Shown here piece by piece: positions 19,693-29,566 of a DNA stretch of 64,000 bases. How positions within the stretch are numbered: the first letter of the stretch is position 1; every line of letters starts with the position of its first letter. Source of the stretch: an archaeon (GTDB lineage Archaea; Nanobdellota; Nanobdellia; CSSed11-243R1); contig JAJRVP010000013.1 of the NCBI GenBank assembly GCA_024277205.1, positions 72,735-136,734 on the forward strand, read 5' to 3'. The translations under genes and the position numbers were made by a program. The notes beneath the pieces were generated by a model. It did no database searches. It was not told where the DNA came from and saw only the letters and a program-made list of their open reading frames with translations.

Positions 19693-20643
19693 ATGAAGAG
19701 TATAAGAGACATAAAAATAAGAGAAAATCAAACTGTAAAAGATTTAGTAGAACAATTTGGAGAGTCTGGAGGTTTTTCTGCACAAATATTTGCAGATGGG
19801 GCAAAAATTTTTAAGCAAATGATATCGGATGAAGATTGTATTAAATTTTTTTCATTTCCAGCATGTATAGTAGCAACAGGAACTCGCGGAGTAATTAGAG
19901 ATATGGTAAAAAATAGAATTGTGGATGTTGTTATAACAACTTGCGGGACATTGGACCATGATTTAGCACGCTTATGGAAAGATTACTACAAAGGAACTTT
20001 TTTTGCAGATGATAAAGAATTGCATAAAGAAGGGATAAATCGTCTTGGAAATGTTTTTGTGCCAAATGAGTCCTACGGCATAATTCTTGAGAACAAAATG
20101 CAACCCATTTTACAGAAACTTTATGAACAAAAAAAAGAATGGAATACCCGAGATTTAATTTGGGCTTTTGGAGAAGCAATTAAAGATGAAGAAAAAGCAG
20201 AAGAATCCATTTTATATTGGGCATGGAAAAATAAAATTCCTATTTTTGTTCCTGGTATAACTGATGGCGCATTTGGAAACCAATTATGGTTGTTCTGGCA
20301 GATGAACAAGGACTTCAAAATAAATCTGCTTGAGGACGAACACATGTTATCAGATATTGTTTACAATGCAAAAAAAACAGGAGCATTGATATTGGGCGGG
20401 GGTATCTCAAAGCACCATGTGATTTGGTGGAATCAATTTAGAGATGGTTTGGATTATGCCATACAAATAACAACAGCTGTTGAATGGGATGGTTCGCTTT
20501 CAGGAGCTAGAGTTAGGGAAGCCATCTCATGGGGAAAAGTTAAAGAAGATGCAAAGCAGATAACAATCCCTGGCGACGCAACAATTCTTTTGCCTTTGAT
20601 GATTTCATCAATAGAAAGTTTTATAAATAAAAATCTAACTTAG
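19693..20643 (+). CDS. dys: Deoxyhypusine synthase
   Basis: GINRLGNVFVP, LGGGISKHH, DGSLSGARVREAISWGK. Confidence 0.95.
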   Translation: MKSIRDIKIRENQTVKDLVEQFGESGGFSAQIFADGAKIFKQMISDEDCIKFFSFPACIVATGTRGVIRDMVKNRIVDVVITTCGTLDHDLARLWKDYYKGTFFADDKELHKEGINRLGNVFVPNESYGIILENKMQPILQKLYEQKKEWNTRDLIWAFGEAIKDEEKAEESILYWAWKNKIPIFVPGITDGAFGNQLWLFWQMNKDFKINLLEDEHMLSDIVYNAKKTGALILGGGISKHHVIWWNQFRDGLDYAIQITTAVEWDGSLSGARVREAISWGKVKEDAKQITIPGDATILLPLMISSIESFINKNLT

Positions 20644-20648
20644 TAAAC

Positions 20649-20766
<118 letters not shown>

Positions 20767-20767
20767 C

Positions 20768-21283
20768 TCATAATCCCATAACATCAACTAAACCAACAGT
20801 ACCAATAACACCTTCTTTATGTTCATCTTCTTGTTTATCTAAAACCAGAACAATTGGTAATTTTTCAATAGGACCATTTTTTCCAGTAAATGCGCTGTAA
20901 TAAGGACAAGGAGTATCCATCATATGAGGTAATCTAATTATTTCTTCCCAAGAGTTTAATGAAGTTATATACGTATCTAATCCAGTATATTTTAAAAAAT
21001 CAATATTTATAGGAACAAATAAATTCTCTAATTTATACCCTTCATCATTCAAAGCGTTATTAAGATGGGTAGTTTTTTCTTTTAAATGTCTTATTGCTGA
21101 AAGTAATGAATCGAAAAAAGGACCGTTAAGATTAGCACTAAACCACATACTATTTCGTCTAAGGGCTTGATAAACACTTTCCTCAAATATATACCTTTGA
21201 GGAACAGTTTCATATCTTGCATGTTCCCCATCCTCAAACAAAGTAAATCCAATAAGCCTTACCCTTTTATTTTCCATATACAC
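20768..21283 (-). CDS. Hypothetical protein
   Basis: 171-aa ORF with upstream TTTATAAA, convergent on the 5S rRNA. Confidence 0.6.
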   Translation of the reverse strand: MYMENKRVRLIGFTLFEDGEHARYETVPQRYIFEESVYQALRRNSMWFSANLNGPFFDSLLSAIRHLKEKTTHLNNALNDEGYKLENLFVPINIDFLKYTGLDTYITSLNSWEEIIRLPHMMDTPCPYYSAFTGKNGPIEKLPIVLVLDKQEDEHKEGVIGTVGLVDVMGL

Positions 21284-21347
21284 TACTTAATAGTGATAAT
21301 TTATAAATGTTATGATATTTAATACATTATGTTTTTAACATTGTTAT

Positions 21348-21662
21348 ATGGAAAAACCAAAAAAAATAGCAAAAGAAAGAATCAAAAAGCTTTTTGATTT
21401 AGCAGAACAAGAAGCAAAAAAAGAGAAATGGGAAAAAAGCAGGAGATATGTTGAACTTGCAAGAAGAATTGCTATGAAATTTAATATTTCTATTTCAAGA
21501 TATAAAAGAAAATTTTGCAAAAAATGTAATACTTATTTTACTTCTAAAACAGTTAGAGTAAGAACACAAAAAAAAGATATGCGCGTTACATATACTTGTC
21601 TCGTTTGTGGGAATATACAAAGATACCCTTATATTAAAGAAAAATTAAAAAGAAAAGCTTAA
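21348..21662 (+). CDS. rnp4: RNase P protein Rpp21
   Basis: IAKERI..LF, RRYVELARRI, CKKC and CLVCG zinc ribbon. Confidence 0.92.
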   Translation: MEKPKKIAKERIKKLFDLAEQEAKKEKWEKSRRYVELARRIAMKFNISISRYKRKFCKKCNTYFTSKTVRVRTQKKDMRVTYTCLVCGNIQRYPYIKEKLKRKA

Positions 21663-21688
21663 AAAGGGTAAGGAGTAGTGAGATTAAT

Positions 21689-22123
21689 ATGGCAACAGTT
21701 TTTGATGTTAGTCCGCACGAGTTAATTGGGAAATTAAAAGAAGAATTGAAAAAAGTAGAACAAATTAAATCTCCAGAATGGGCCAAATTTGTAAAAACAG
21801 GAGCAAGTAAAACAAAACCTCCTGAGCAAGAAGATTTTTGGTATATTCGTGCTGCATCCATTCTCAGGCAAATTTATGTTCAAGGAAGACCAGTGGGTGT
21901 TCAAAGGTTAAGAGTTAGGTATGGTAGCAAAAAAAGAAGAAAAAGCAAACCAAAACACTTTGCAAAAGGAAGCGGAAAAATAATAAGAAAAATTTTGCAG
22001 CAGTTAGAAGCTGCAGATTTTATTCAAAAAACTACAATTAATAATAAAAAAGGAAGGATATTAACCAAAAAAGGAAAAAGCTATCTTGATAAAATTGCTG
22101 CCCAAATTATGAAGGGTGCATAA
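21689..22123 (+). CDS. rps19e: 30S ribosomal protein S19e
   Basis: PEWAKFVKTG, WYIRAASILR, GSGKIIRKILQQLE. Confidence 0.96.
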   Translation: MATVFDVSPHELIGKLKEELKKVEQIKSPEWAKFVKTGASKTKPPEQEDFWYIRAASILRQIYVQGRPVGVQRLRVRYGSKKRRKSKPKHFAKGSGKIIRKILQQLEAADFIQKTTINNKKGRILTKKGKSYLDKIAAQIMKGA

Positions 22124-22394
22124 AATGGATATGGGGGAATACAAGAAAGAACTTGAAAAGCAGCAAATGGAACTAATAAAAAAGGCAGCAACTCTAAAAT
22201 TTATGACAAAAGGTGCACGCGAAAGATTAAATCGCGTCAAACTAATCAAACCAGAACTTGCTGAAAAAGTTGAAATGGCTTTATTGCAAGCAATTCAAAT
22301 GGGACAAATTAAGGAACAAATTACAGAATCCCAAATCATAAGCATACTTGAAGAAGTGAGTGAAAGAAAAAAATTTAACATAAGAAGGAGATAA
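22116..22394 (+). CDS. PDCD5-like DNA-binding protein
   Basis: ARERLNRVKLIKPELAEKVE; canonical position after rps19e. Confidence 0.9.
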   Translation: MHKMDMGEYKKELEKQQMELIKKAATLKFMTKGARERLNRVKLIKPELAEKVEMALLQAIQMGQIKEQITESQIISILEEVSERKKFNIRRR

Positions 22395-22396
22395 AA

Positions 22397-22570
22397 ATGG
22401 CAAAAACAAAACACTTATCAAGAAAACTTAGATTAATCAAAGCTACAAAAAGCGCTATTGCTGCTCCTTTTTGGGCAATCTTAAGAAAATTTGGAAAAAG
22501 AAGAGTATATAGGTGGAGACTTAATCCACAAATGAGAAGGCATTGGCGTAGGAATAAATTAAAGATATAA
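22397..22570 (+). CDS. rpl39e: 50S ribosomal protein L39e
   Basis: Not in the ORF track (57 aa). MAKTKHLSRKLRL...APFWAILRK...RRHWRRNKLKI. Confidence 0.9.
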   Translation: MAKTKHLSRKLRLIKATKSAIAAPFWAILRKFGKRRVYRWRLNPQMRRHWRRNKLKI

Positions 22571-22580
22571 GGTGTTACTC

Positions 22581-22949
22581 ATGGCAAAAGCACTTGAAAG
22601 AAATTATGTTATACCTTTAAGAAAAGCTGTTATGAAAACAGCTAGATGGAGGAGGGCTAAAAAAGCAATATCCAGTATCCGTTCTTTTATGAAAAGGCAT
22701 ATGAAAGCAGAATCTGTAAAAATTGGAAAAGAATTAAATGAAGTCATATGGGAGCGTGGCGGAAAAAAAGTACCTTCAAAAGTAAGTGTTTTTGCAAAAA
22801 AGGAAGAAAATGTTGTAATTGTTAATCTTTCAGATATTTCTCAAAAACCAAAAAAGAAAGAAGAGAAAGAAAAACCAAAGGAAGAAGCAAAACAAAAAAA
22901 AGCAGTTGAAGAAACTCAAAAGCAAGAAGAAAAAACAAAAAGTGAGTGA
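22581..22949 (+). CDS. rpl31e: 50S ribosomal protein L31e
   Basis: ERNYVIPLR, RAKKAI, LNEVIWERG; charged C-terminal tail. Confidence 0.94.
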   Translation: MAKALERNYVIPLRKAVMKTARWRRAKKAISSIRSFMKRHMKAESVKIGKELNEVIWERGGKKVPSKVSVFAKKEENVVIVNLSDISQKPKKKEEKEKPKEEAKQKKAVEETQKQEEKTKSE

Positions 22950-22951
22950 TT

Positions 22952-23128
22952 ATGGAATTTATTGTTAAAGGCAAATTCAAAAAAGGGGATTCTTTTAAAA
23001 AATTCACTAAAAAGATTTCTGCCAAATCAAAGAATTTTGCAATTGAAAAGGCATTTTCGCTTCTTGGCTCTAATTATAAATGTAAGAGAAGTCTGATAAA
23101 AATAGAAAGTGTTGAGGAAGTGAAATGA
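22952..23128 (+). CDS. rplX: 50S ribosomal protein L18Ae/LX
   Basis: FIVKGKF...FTKKISA...AIEKAFSLLGS...IKIESVEE. Confidence 0.88.
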   Translation: MEFIVKGKFKKGDSFKKFTKKISAKSKNFAIEKAFSLLGSNYKCKRSLIKIESVEEVK

Positions 23129-23499
23129 CAAAAAAAGAACAAAAAAGAGAAGATGCGCAAAGATTATTGGAATCTGAGATAATAAGGGCACATATAACAG
23201 AATTGGAAAACCAGCTTTCTGAAATTGAAGCTAAGCGAAATGAGCTAGAATATCTGAAAGAAAGCATTTCTCAACTTAAAGGGCAGAAAGGTAAAGAAAT
23301 TTTAATGCCATTTGGTTCGGGTGTGCTTGTTCGAGGTAAAATCACTGATGAGGAGAAAGTAATAGTAAATGTTGGTGCAAATATTCTTGTTGAAAAAAAC
23401 ATTGAGGATGCTAAAAAAATAATTGATACCCAAATAGAAGAATTGAATTCCGTGGCAAAATTGATTGAAAAAGAGATAGAAAAATATTCAATTTTATAA
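23125..23499 (+). CDS. pfdA: Prefoldin alpha subunit
   Basis: EILMPFGSG...VIVNVGANILVEK hairpins between coiled coils. Confidence 0.92.
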   Translation: MTKKEQKREDAQRLLESEIIRAHITELENQLSEIEAKRNELEYLKESISQLKGQKGKEILMPFGSGVLVRGKITDEEKVIVNVGANILVEKNIEDAKKIIDTQIEELNSVAKLIEKEIEKYSIL

Positions 23500-24555
23500 T
23501 CCAAACAGATTCTTAGATTCAAAATATGCTTTTTTGACAACATCAATTGCAGACTTAACTAAGAATTTAGCGTCTGTAATTTGGAATGGGCGCCCCACAA
23601 GTTCTAAAAAACCAACACCCTTGACTTTTTTATTTTTAATTTTACCTGTGACTTTTATTGGACCTTCCCAATAATTTAATGAACCAAATCTCATTTCCTG
23701 ATTTTTTATTATGGGCCTTACATATAATTCGATATTTTTTGAAGGAATTAAAATTTTCCATGAGAGGAAATATCCCTCTTTTGTTTGTGGGCTTATCCAC
23801 TTTTTTCCAGTTGGGATTATTAGAACATCATTAGTGTGCTCTTGCTTATTGTTCCTATAAGAAATGCTTGCAAGACGTGTTTTTGTTTTTCCATCATCAT
23901 ACTCAAAACAAACAATTTCAGTATTATTATCCAATTGGATTGAGAACCAATTCCACATGTCATTGACTCCATGGAATTTTTTTATATCAATCCATTGGCG
24001 GTCAATCCAAGATTTTCCTTGAACTTCTATCCATTTGTCTTTTATTCTTATTCTGCCTTTTGTTTTGAGATTTGTTAAAGAGTAATAATATGTTTTTTTA
24101 GAACCCAAATCAACATACCCATCTCCACCCTCTAACACTGGTTTTTTAATTGATTTCATTGTTAAATCTATATTTTCTGTTTTTAATTTGTATTCGAATA
24201 ATTTGGTTTCTTTTATTTCGCAATTTACATATCCATTAATCATTAATGGATTGGTGTAATTAATAAAAAGCAGTGGCTTTGAGAAACTATCCTTTGAAAC
24301 AACCACAATATAATCTATGCTCGGGTAAACTTTTTTATGTGTTAAATCCGATAGGATTGAATGCGCTGAGTAAACATAGTTGATTGGTATTTTCTTAATA
24401 AATGGCAAATCAACCCTTTTAAGATTAAGCTTGAATAAACAATTCATAAAAGAATAATTGTTTCCTTTTTTGTCATGTAAATGTCCATTAAAATACCACC
24501 ATTCCACCGAATGTTTGTGGATTTGTTCATCTTCTGGGAATTTTATAAGTTTCAT
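23494..24555 (-). CDS. AttH/CrtC-like lipocalin-fold protein (carotenoid 1,2-hydratase family)
   Basis: EWWYFNGHL, YYYSLT, GKSWIDRQW, WNWFSIQL, YWEGP, GFLELVG. Confidence 0.85.
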   Translation of the reverse strand: MKLIKFPEDEQIHKHSVEWWYFNGHLHDKKGNNYSFMNCLFKLNLKRVDLPFIKKIPINYVYSAHSILSDLTHKKVYPSIDYIVVVSKDSFSKPLLFINYTNPLMINGYVNCEIKETKLFEYKLKTENIDLTMKSIKKPVLEGGDGYVDLGSKKTYYYSLTNLKTKGRIRIKDKWIEVQGKSWIDRQWIDIKKFHGVNDMWNWFSIQLDNNTEIVCFEYDDGKTKTRLASISYRNNKQEHTNDVLIIPTGKKWISPQTKEGYFLSWKILIPSKNIELYVRPIIKNQEMRFGSLNYWEGPIKVTGKIKNKKVKGVGFLELVGRPFQITDAKFLVKSAIDVVKKAYFESKNLFGL

Positions 24556-24635
24556 TAATTAAAGGATTAGTTTTGCTTATTTAAACATTATCAATAAACA
24601 AAACTCTTAAAAGACAACAAGTTTTGTAGATTTTT

Positions 24636-25928
24636 ATGTTTGGCTTTTTAAAAAAGAAACTAAAGGAATCAATTGAAGGAATAAAAAAAGTATTCAAAGA
24701 AGAAAAACCACAAGAAGAAGAACCTAAAGAAGAATTAAAAGAAGAAGTAAAAAAAGAAATTGAAGAAAAAGAGCAAGAAATTGAACAAGTTGAAGAGCTT
24801 GAAAAAGAAGTTGAAGAAAAAAAAGCAAAAACCCCAGAAGCAGAAAAAATAAAAGAAGTTGAGGAAGAAGTTCTTAAAGAAGTAGAAGAAGAGATTAAAC
24901 AAGAAGAAAAAGAATTAGAAAAAGAAGCAGAAGAAATTAAAAAAGAAAAACCAAAAGAAGAGCAAAAGGAAATTGTTGAAGAAACTAAAGAAAAAAAGGG
25001 GTTTTTTTCAAAACTTTTTGCAAAAAAAGAAGAAAAAGTAAAAAGGATAGAAGAGAAAAAACCATTAATCCCTTTGTTTGAAAAAAAACTTTCTGAAGAA
25101 GAATTTGAAAAATTTTTCAAAAAACTAGAGATTTCATTTCTTGAAGCAAATATTGCATATGAAGTTATCCAATTACTAAAGCAAGAACTAAAAAAGGAAC
25201 TTGTGGACAAACCAGTTAAACGTGGCAAAGTTGAAGAAAAGATAATAACTACAATACGTAACACCTTTGAGAGGATATTGCTTGAAATAAATCCTGATGT
25301 AATTCTTAAAAAGATTGAAGAAAATAAAAGTAAGGGAGAGCCAACAAAAATATTATTTCTTGGAGTAAATGGAGTTGGAAAAACAACATCTCTTGCCAAG
25401 CTTTGTTATTGGCTTCAACAAAAGGGGCATTCTGTAGTTATATCTGCAAGTGACACATTTAGAGCTGCCTCAATTGAGCAACTTGAAATCCACGCTAATA
25501 AGCTAGGAGTAAAGATTATCAAACACAAATATGGAGCGGATCCAGCAGCAGTTGCTTATGATGCTATTGAATATGCAAAGGCACATCACATAGATGTGGT
25601 TTTAATTGACTCTGCTGGAAGGCAACATTCAAATACGAATCTCATGGATGAGCTTGCAAAAATAAAAAGAATTGCAAAGCCAGATTTTACGATTTTTGTG
25701 GCAGATGCACTAACAGGAAATGATGCTGTTGAACAAGCAAGAGAATTTGGGAAAATTGGTTTTGATGCTATAATACTAGGCAAAGCAGATGTTGACCAAA
25801 AAGGCGGAGCAATTCTTTCAGTTAGTTATATCTCTGGAAAACCAATTATGTTTTTAGGGGTTGGACAATCTTATGAAGACTTAGAACCTTTTGACAAAAT
25901 CAAACTTCTTGAAAAATTAATGAAGTAA
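24636..25928 (+). CDS. ftsY: SRP receptor FtsY
   Basis: Acidic N-domain, GVNGVGKTT, DTFRAAS, DSAGR, KADVDQKGG. Confidence 0.96.
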   Translation: MFGFLKKKLKESIEGIKKVFKEEKPQEEEPKEELKEEVKKEIEEKEQEIEQVEELEKEVEEKKAKTPEAEKIKEVEEEVLKEVEEEIKQEEKELEKEAEEIKKEKPKEEQKEIVEETKEKKGFFSKLFAKKEEKVKRIEEKKPLIPLFEKKLSEEEFEKFFKKLEISFLEANIAYEVIQLLKQELKKELVDKPVKRGKVEEKIITTIRNTFERILLEINPDVILKKIEENKSKGEPTKILFLGVNGVGKTTSLAKLCYWLQQKGHSVVISASDTFRAASIEQLEIHANKLGVKIIKHKYGADPAAVAYDAIEYAKAHHIDVVLIDSAGRQHSNTNLMDELAKIKRIAKPDFTIFVADALTGNDAVEQAREFGKIGFDAIILGKADVDQKGGAILSVSYISGKPIMFLGVGQSYEDLEPFDKIKLLEKLMK

Positions 25929-26000
25929 AAAATAAATACGTATTTATCTTAAGAAATAATACACTATATAGAAGATATTAAATAAAGGGAGGTAAAGAAA

Positions 26001-27014
26001 TTGGAAAACAATGTAAAAATAGTTTTTGCATCTGCAGTAGTTGTAGCAATATTTTTTGTGTTTGGTTTGTCAATGACAGGTTTTGCAACAAAGATTAGGG
26101 GTGGACATATTGGTGATGGCATTCAAATTGTTGAGTATTCAGATGAAGCAACCTCTTTTGGGATTGATGGAGATGAGATAACAGTATTGCCAGGTACAAA
26201 CTTAGCAGTATTCTCTGTTGACGAATGGAGATTATTACAAAAACACGGATTCTCTTTTGGAGAAGAATGGGCAAAAGAGTTTGAGAAAGGATATTTGCAT
26301 GCAGTATCTCCAAAATTAGTAGAATCTTGTGATTTAAATGAAGATGGAGATTGTGCAGACCCTGTGTTGTATACTGCTTGTGTAAATAACGGAGAACTAA
26401 CCGAGATTACTTCTTTGAACATTGTTGGTGAAGAACCAATATTAACAACAGGAAAAGGAGGGGAAGGAATTTGTAACGTAGCATTAAGTGGTGATGATAT
26501 TTCAGTTGTTGCAGAATTAGATTGTAAATACTTGGGAAGTGCTCTTGAAAAAGAATTTGGACTTTCAAAAGGTACAGTAAGCTGTACTGGTGATGGAACT
26601 TATTGTGATTGTACAGGATTAACAGAAACACAATGTGGTGAAATTTGTGGTTTATCAAAAGACATTGTTTGTACTTACAGCAATAATGGTGGAGACGCAC
26701 TCCTATTGTTCACAACAGACGAATCCAAGTTAGCATTTGGAGATATGATGAACAAACACACAAAAACAATAGAATGTGACTTGAACGGAGATGGGGACTG
26801 TAATGACAAAGTATTGAGATATTACTCCTTTGAAAATCCCTGTGTTGAACCAGAACCAACTTGTTTCTCTGGAAAAGGTTGTACAGACTTACCTTGTTGT
26901 GATGGATATAATGGTGTTGGTTGCATGGAGATTGGACTCTGTGATGTCAAAGGCGAACACTTTTGTCAACCAGATTGTTCAGTTGAAGTAGGAGTAGGAG
27001 ATATAGTAAAGTAA
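26001..27014 (+). CDS. Secreted Cys-rich acidic protein with two CDLNxDGDCxD repeats
   Basis: Signal/TM N-terminus; repeats CDLNEDGDCADPVL and CDLNGDGDCNDKVL; GGAGGT SD; downstream T-tract. Confidence 0.75.
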   Translation: MENNVKIVFASAVVVAIFFVFGLSMTGFATKIRGGHIGDGIQIVEYSDEATSFGIDGDEITVLPGTNLAVFSVDEWRLLQKHGFSFGEEWAKEFEKGYLHAVSPKLVESCDLNEDGDCADPVLYTACVNNGELTEITSLNIVGEEPILTTGKGGEGICNVALSGDDISVVAELDCKYLGSALEKEFGLSKGTVSCTGDGTYCDCTGLTETQCGEICGLSKDIVCTYSNNGGDALLLFTTDESKLAFGDMMNKHTKTIECDLNGDGDCNDKVLRYYSFENPCVEPEPTCFSGKGCTDLPCCDGYNGVGCMEIGLCDVKGEHFCQPDCSVEVGVGDIVK

Positions 27015-27072
27015 ACTCTTTCTTTTTTCTTTTTTCTAAAAGCTTTTAAAACTGAAAATTTTGAGAATAATC

Positions 27073-28416
27073 ATGCTAAATAAATTATCAGAAGCATTAA
27101 AATCTGGAATGAAAAAATTTATTTCTTCTATTTTCATAGATGAGAAAACCCTTAATCAATTAGTTAATGACATTCAAAGAGCCCTTCTTCAGTCTGATGT
27201 TGCTGTTGATTTGGTTTTTCAAATAAGTGAAAACATTAAAAAAAGAGCAAAAGAAGAAATCGGAAAAGGCGAGGTTGCAAAAGAATATATTGTTAAAATT
27301 GTTTATGAGGAACTTGTTAAAATCCTTGGCGAGCAAGGACATAAGATAGAAATAACAGAAAAGCCATTTAAAATCCTTTTAATTGGGTTGTTTGGAAATG
27401 GTAAAACAACTTCTGCTGCTAAGATTGCAAAATTCTTTAAAAAAAGAGGAAACAAAGTTTGTCTTTTAGCACTTGATATTTTTAGACCTGCTGCATATGA
27501 ACAACTAACACAACTTGGAAAGCAGATAAATGTACCTGTTTTTGGAGAACCAAAAGAAAAAGATGCTGTTAACATAATTAAAAAATTTGAAAATGAAATT
27601 AAAAAGTATGATATTGTTATTGCAGATTCTTCTGGAAGGGATGCTTTAAAGCAAGATATGATTGATGAGATTACTGCTGTTAGAGACGCCTTAAAACCAA
27701 ATGAGATTCTTCTTGTGCAAGGTGCAGATATTGGACAAGGTGCAAAGGATCAAGCAACTGCTTTTAAAAAAGCACTAGATATAACAGGTGTTATTTTAAC
27801 AAAGATGGATGGAACTGCAAAAGGTGGAGGTGCAATTACTGCTTGTTCTATTGCAGGGGCACCAATTAAGTTTATTGGTGTTGGTGAAAAAATAGAGGAT
27901 TTAGAAGAATTTGAGCCAAAAAGGTTTGTTTCAAGACTTCTTGGCATGGGGGATATTGAAACTCTTCTTGAAAAAGCAAAAGAAATTGCTCAAGAAAAGG
28001 CACCAGACAAAGAAATGGAAAAAAGAATAATGTCTGGTAAGTTTAATTTGCTTGATTTTAAAGCACAACTTGAAGCAATGTCTAAAATGGGCCCTTTATC
28101 AAAAATAATTGATATGATTCCTGGTTTTGGAATGGCTGGAATCCCAAGAGATATGTTGGGTGTTCAACAAGATAAATTGAAAAAATTCAAAATAATCATG
28201 GATTCTATGACAAAAGAAGAGCTTGAGAACCCAGACATTATTAAATCAAGTAGAATCGAAAGGATTGCAAAAGGAAGCGGTGTTGAACCAAGCCAAGTTA
28301 GAGAATTACTTAAACAATTTAACCAGATTAAAAAATTAATGAAAGGATTAAAGGGTAGAGATTTGCAAAAACTTGCTAAGAGATTCGGCAAAGGAATGCC
28401 AAAAATGCCTTTTTAG
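27073..28416 (+). CDS. srp54: Signal recognition particle protein Srp54
   Basis: GLFGNGKTT, DIFRPAA, DSSGR, TKMDGTAKGGG, Met-rich M domain. Confidence 0.96.
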   Translation: MLNKLSEALKSGMKKFISSIFIDEKTLNQLVNDIQRALLQSDVAVDLVFQISENIKKRAKEEIGKGEVAKEYIVKIVYEELVKILGEQGHKIEITEKPFKILLIGLFGNGKTTSAAKIAKFFKKRGNKVCLLALDIFRPAAYEQLTQLGKQINVPVFGEPKEKDAVNIIKKFENEIKKYDIVIADSSGRDALKQDMIDEITAVRDALKPNEILLVQGADIGQGAKDQATAFKKALDITGVILTKMDGTAKGGGAITACSIAGAPIKFIGVGEKIEDLEEFEPKRFVSRLLGMGDIETLLEKAKEIAQEKAPDKEMEKRIMSGKFNLLDFKAQLEAMSKMGPLSKIIDMIPGFGMAGIPRDMLGVQQDKLKKFKIIMDSMTKEELENPDIIKSSRIERIAKGSGVEPSQVRELLKQFNQIKKLMKGLKGRDLQKLAKRFGKGMPKMPF

Positions 28417-28561
28417 AAAAAAACAAATGAATTTCTAACTTATTTTTTGGAAATAAACTTATTTTAAAGAGTTAATGCTTTTTAACTATCCAAAAGTTAC
28501 GAATTTAATAGGGTTACTATCGTAAGGTTTATATACCTTTTTTTCAGTTGTGTTGATTATA

Positions 28562-28708
28562 ATGGAAAGTATAGAGAATTTAATTAATGTGCTTCAAAGA
28601 ATGTCCCCAATTATTCTTATTGGTTGGGGATTGCTATTACTAGCTATGAAAAACTATCAAAAAAACCATCAAAGCACATTAGTTAGCAAATTTGTAAAGG
28701 TAATATAA
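28562..28708 (+). CDS. Putative 48-aa single-TM peptide
   Basis: MESIENLINVLQRMSPIILIGWGLLLLAMKNY...; TTTATATA about 30 nt upstream. Confidence 0.35.
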   Translation: MESIENLINVLQRMSPIILIGWGLLLLAMKNYQKNHQSTLVSKFVKVI

Positions 28709-28737
28709 AGGGGCTAGGTTGAGAGAGGAGAAGAATA

Positions 28738-29103
28738 ATGCCTCTGAAACCATACCATAATGCTCAAGAAGCACATGAGATTGCAAATAGATTCAATCCG
28801 TGCGCAGATGAATATATTTCTGCAACTTCTGCTTATTCTGCAGCCATTTTGTACTTTAAGAAATATGGTGGTGAAATAGCAGTCAATATCTTTGAGAACA
28901 TAATAAGAAAAAAATATCATGGGCCAATTTCTGAAGAACATCTGCCACAAATAGCAAAAGAAATGTATGAATTAGCAATATTTATTGAGCCGTCTATTAA
29001 AAAACAATGGGTTTCTCACCTAACTCAGATTAAAAATGCAAGAATGGGTAGTGGAAATCCCCTAAAAGGTTATATTCATAGTTTTGACCCATCATATGCA
29101 TAG
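28738..29103 (+). CDS. Hypothetical protein
   Basis: 121-aa ORF with GAGGAG SD-like sequence. Confidence 0.55.
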   Translation: MPLKPYHNAQEAHEIANRFNPCADEYISATSAYSAAILYFKKYGGEIAVNIFENIIRKKYHGPISEEHLPQIAKEMYELAIFIEPSIKKQWVSHLTQIKNARMGSGNPLKGYIHSFDPSYA

Positions 29104-29183
29104 TTTAGCAAAGTTTATAAAATGCCGAATTCTCTTTGAATTTAGCGTTTTTACGCAAATTTATAAAAAGGGGGTAAGCAAAA

Positions 29184-29360
29184 ATGGCTGAAATTTTAGT
29201 CGTTGGTTCAAAAGTAAGAAAATTAATTAAAAAAGCCAAAATGAACATGGCAGGAGACTTTATAAAAGGATTAAGCAAAGAAGTAGAGGGATTAGTTAAA
29301 AAAGCAGCAACAAGAGCAAAAGCAAACAAAAGAAAAACAGTTAGGGCTGCTGACCTCTAA
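29184..29360 (+). CDS. Histone-fold protein, copy 1 (face-to-face/DUF1931-like)
   Basis: Not in the ORF track (58 aa). MAEILVVGSKVRKLIKKAKMNMAGDFIKGLSKEVEGLVKKAATRAKANKRKTVRAADL, with RKTxxxxD motif; TTTATAAA and GGGGGT SD upstream. Confidence 0.85.
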   Translation: MAEILVVGSKVRKLIKKAKMNMAGDFIKGLSKEVEGLVKKAATRAKANKRKTVRAADL

Positions 29361-29396
29361 GTCAGCTTTTTCTTTTTTATTTTGAGAGGTGATAAA

Positions 29397-29564
29397 ATGT
29401 TAGTTGTTGGTTCAAAAGTAAAAGAATATGTTAAAAGCAAAGGATTAAACTCTTCTGGAGATTTAACTGATGCTCTTAGTAAAAAAGTAGAAAAATTGCT
29501 TGATGAAGCAGCAGAAAGAACAAAAGCAAATGGAAGAAAAACCATGAGGCCAGAGGACTTATAG
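29397..29564 (+). CDS. Histone-fold protein, copy 2 (face-to-face/DUF1931-like)
   Basis: MLVVGSKVKEYVKSKGLNSSGDLTDALSKKVEKLLDEAAERTKANGRKTMRPEDL; GAGGTGA SD. Confidence 0.88.
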   Translation: MLVVGSKVKEYVKSKGLNSSGDLTDALSKKVEKLLDEAAERTKANGRKTMRPEDL

Positions 29565-29566
29565 TC

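Noticed and set aside
24690..25060. GAAGAA-rich repeats as a possible array
   Set aside because: They encode the acidic A domain of FtsY; no repeat-spacer periodicity.
24581..25399. 272-aa antisense ORF and similar Phe/Ser-rich shadow ORFs (e.g. 17225-17569, 16530-16976, 50702-51121)
   Set aside because: Antisense shadows of well-supported genes, several of them low-complexity.
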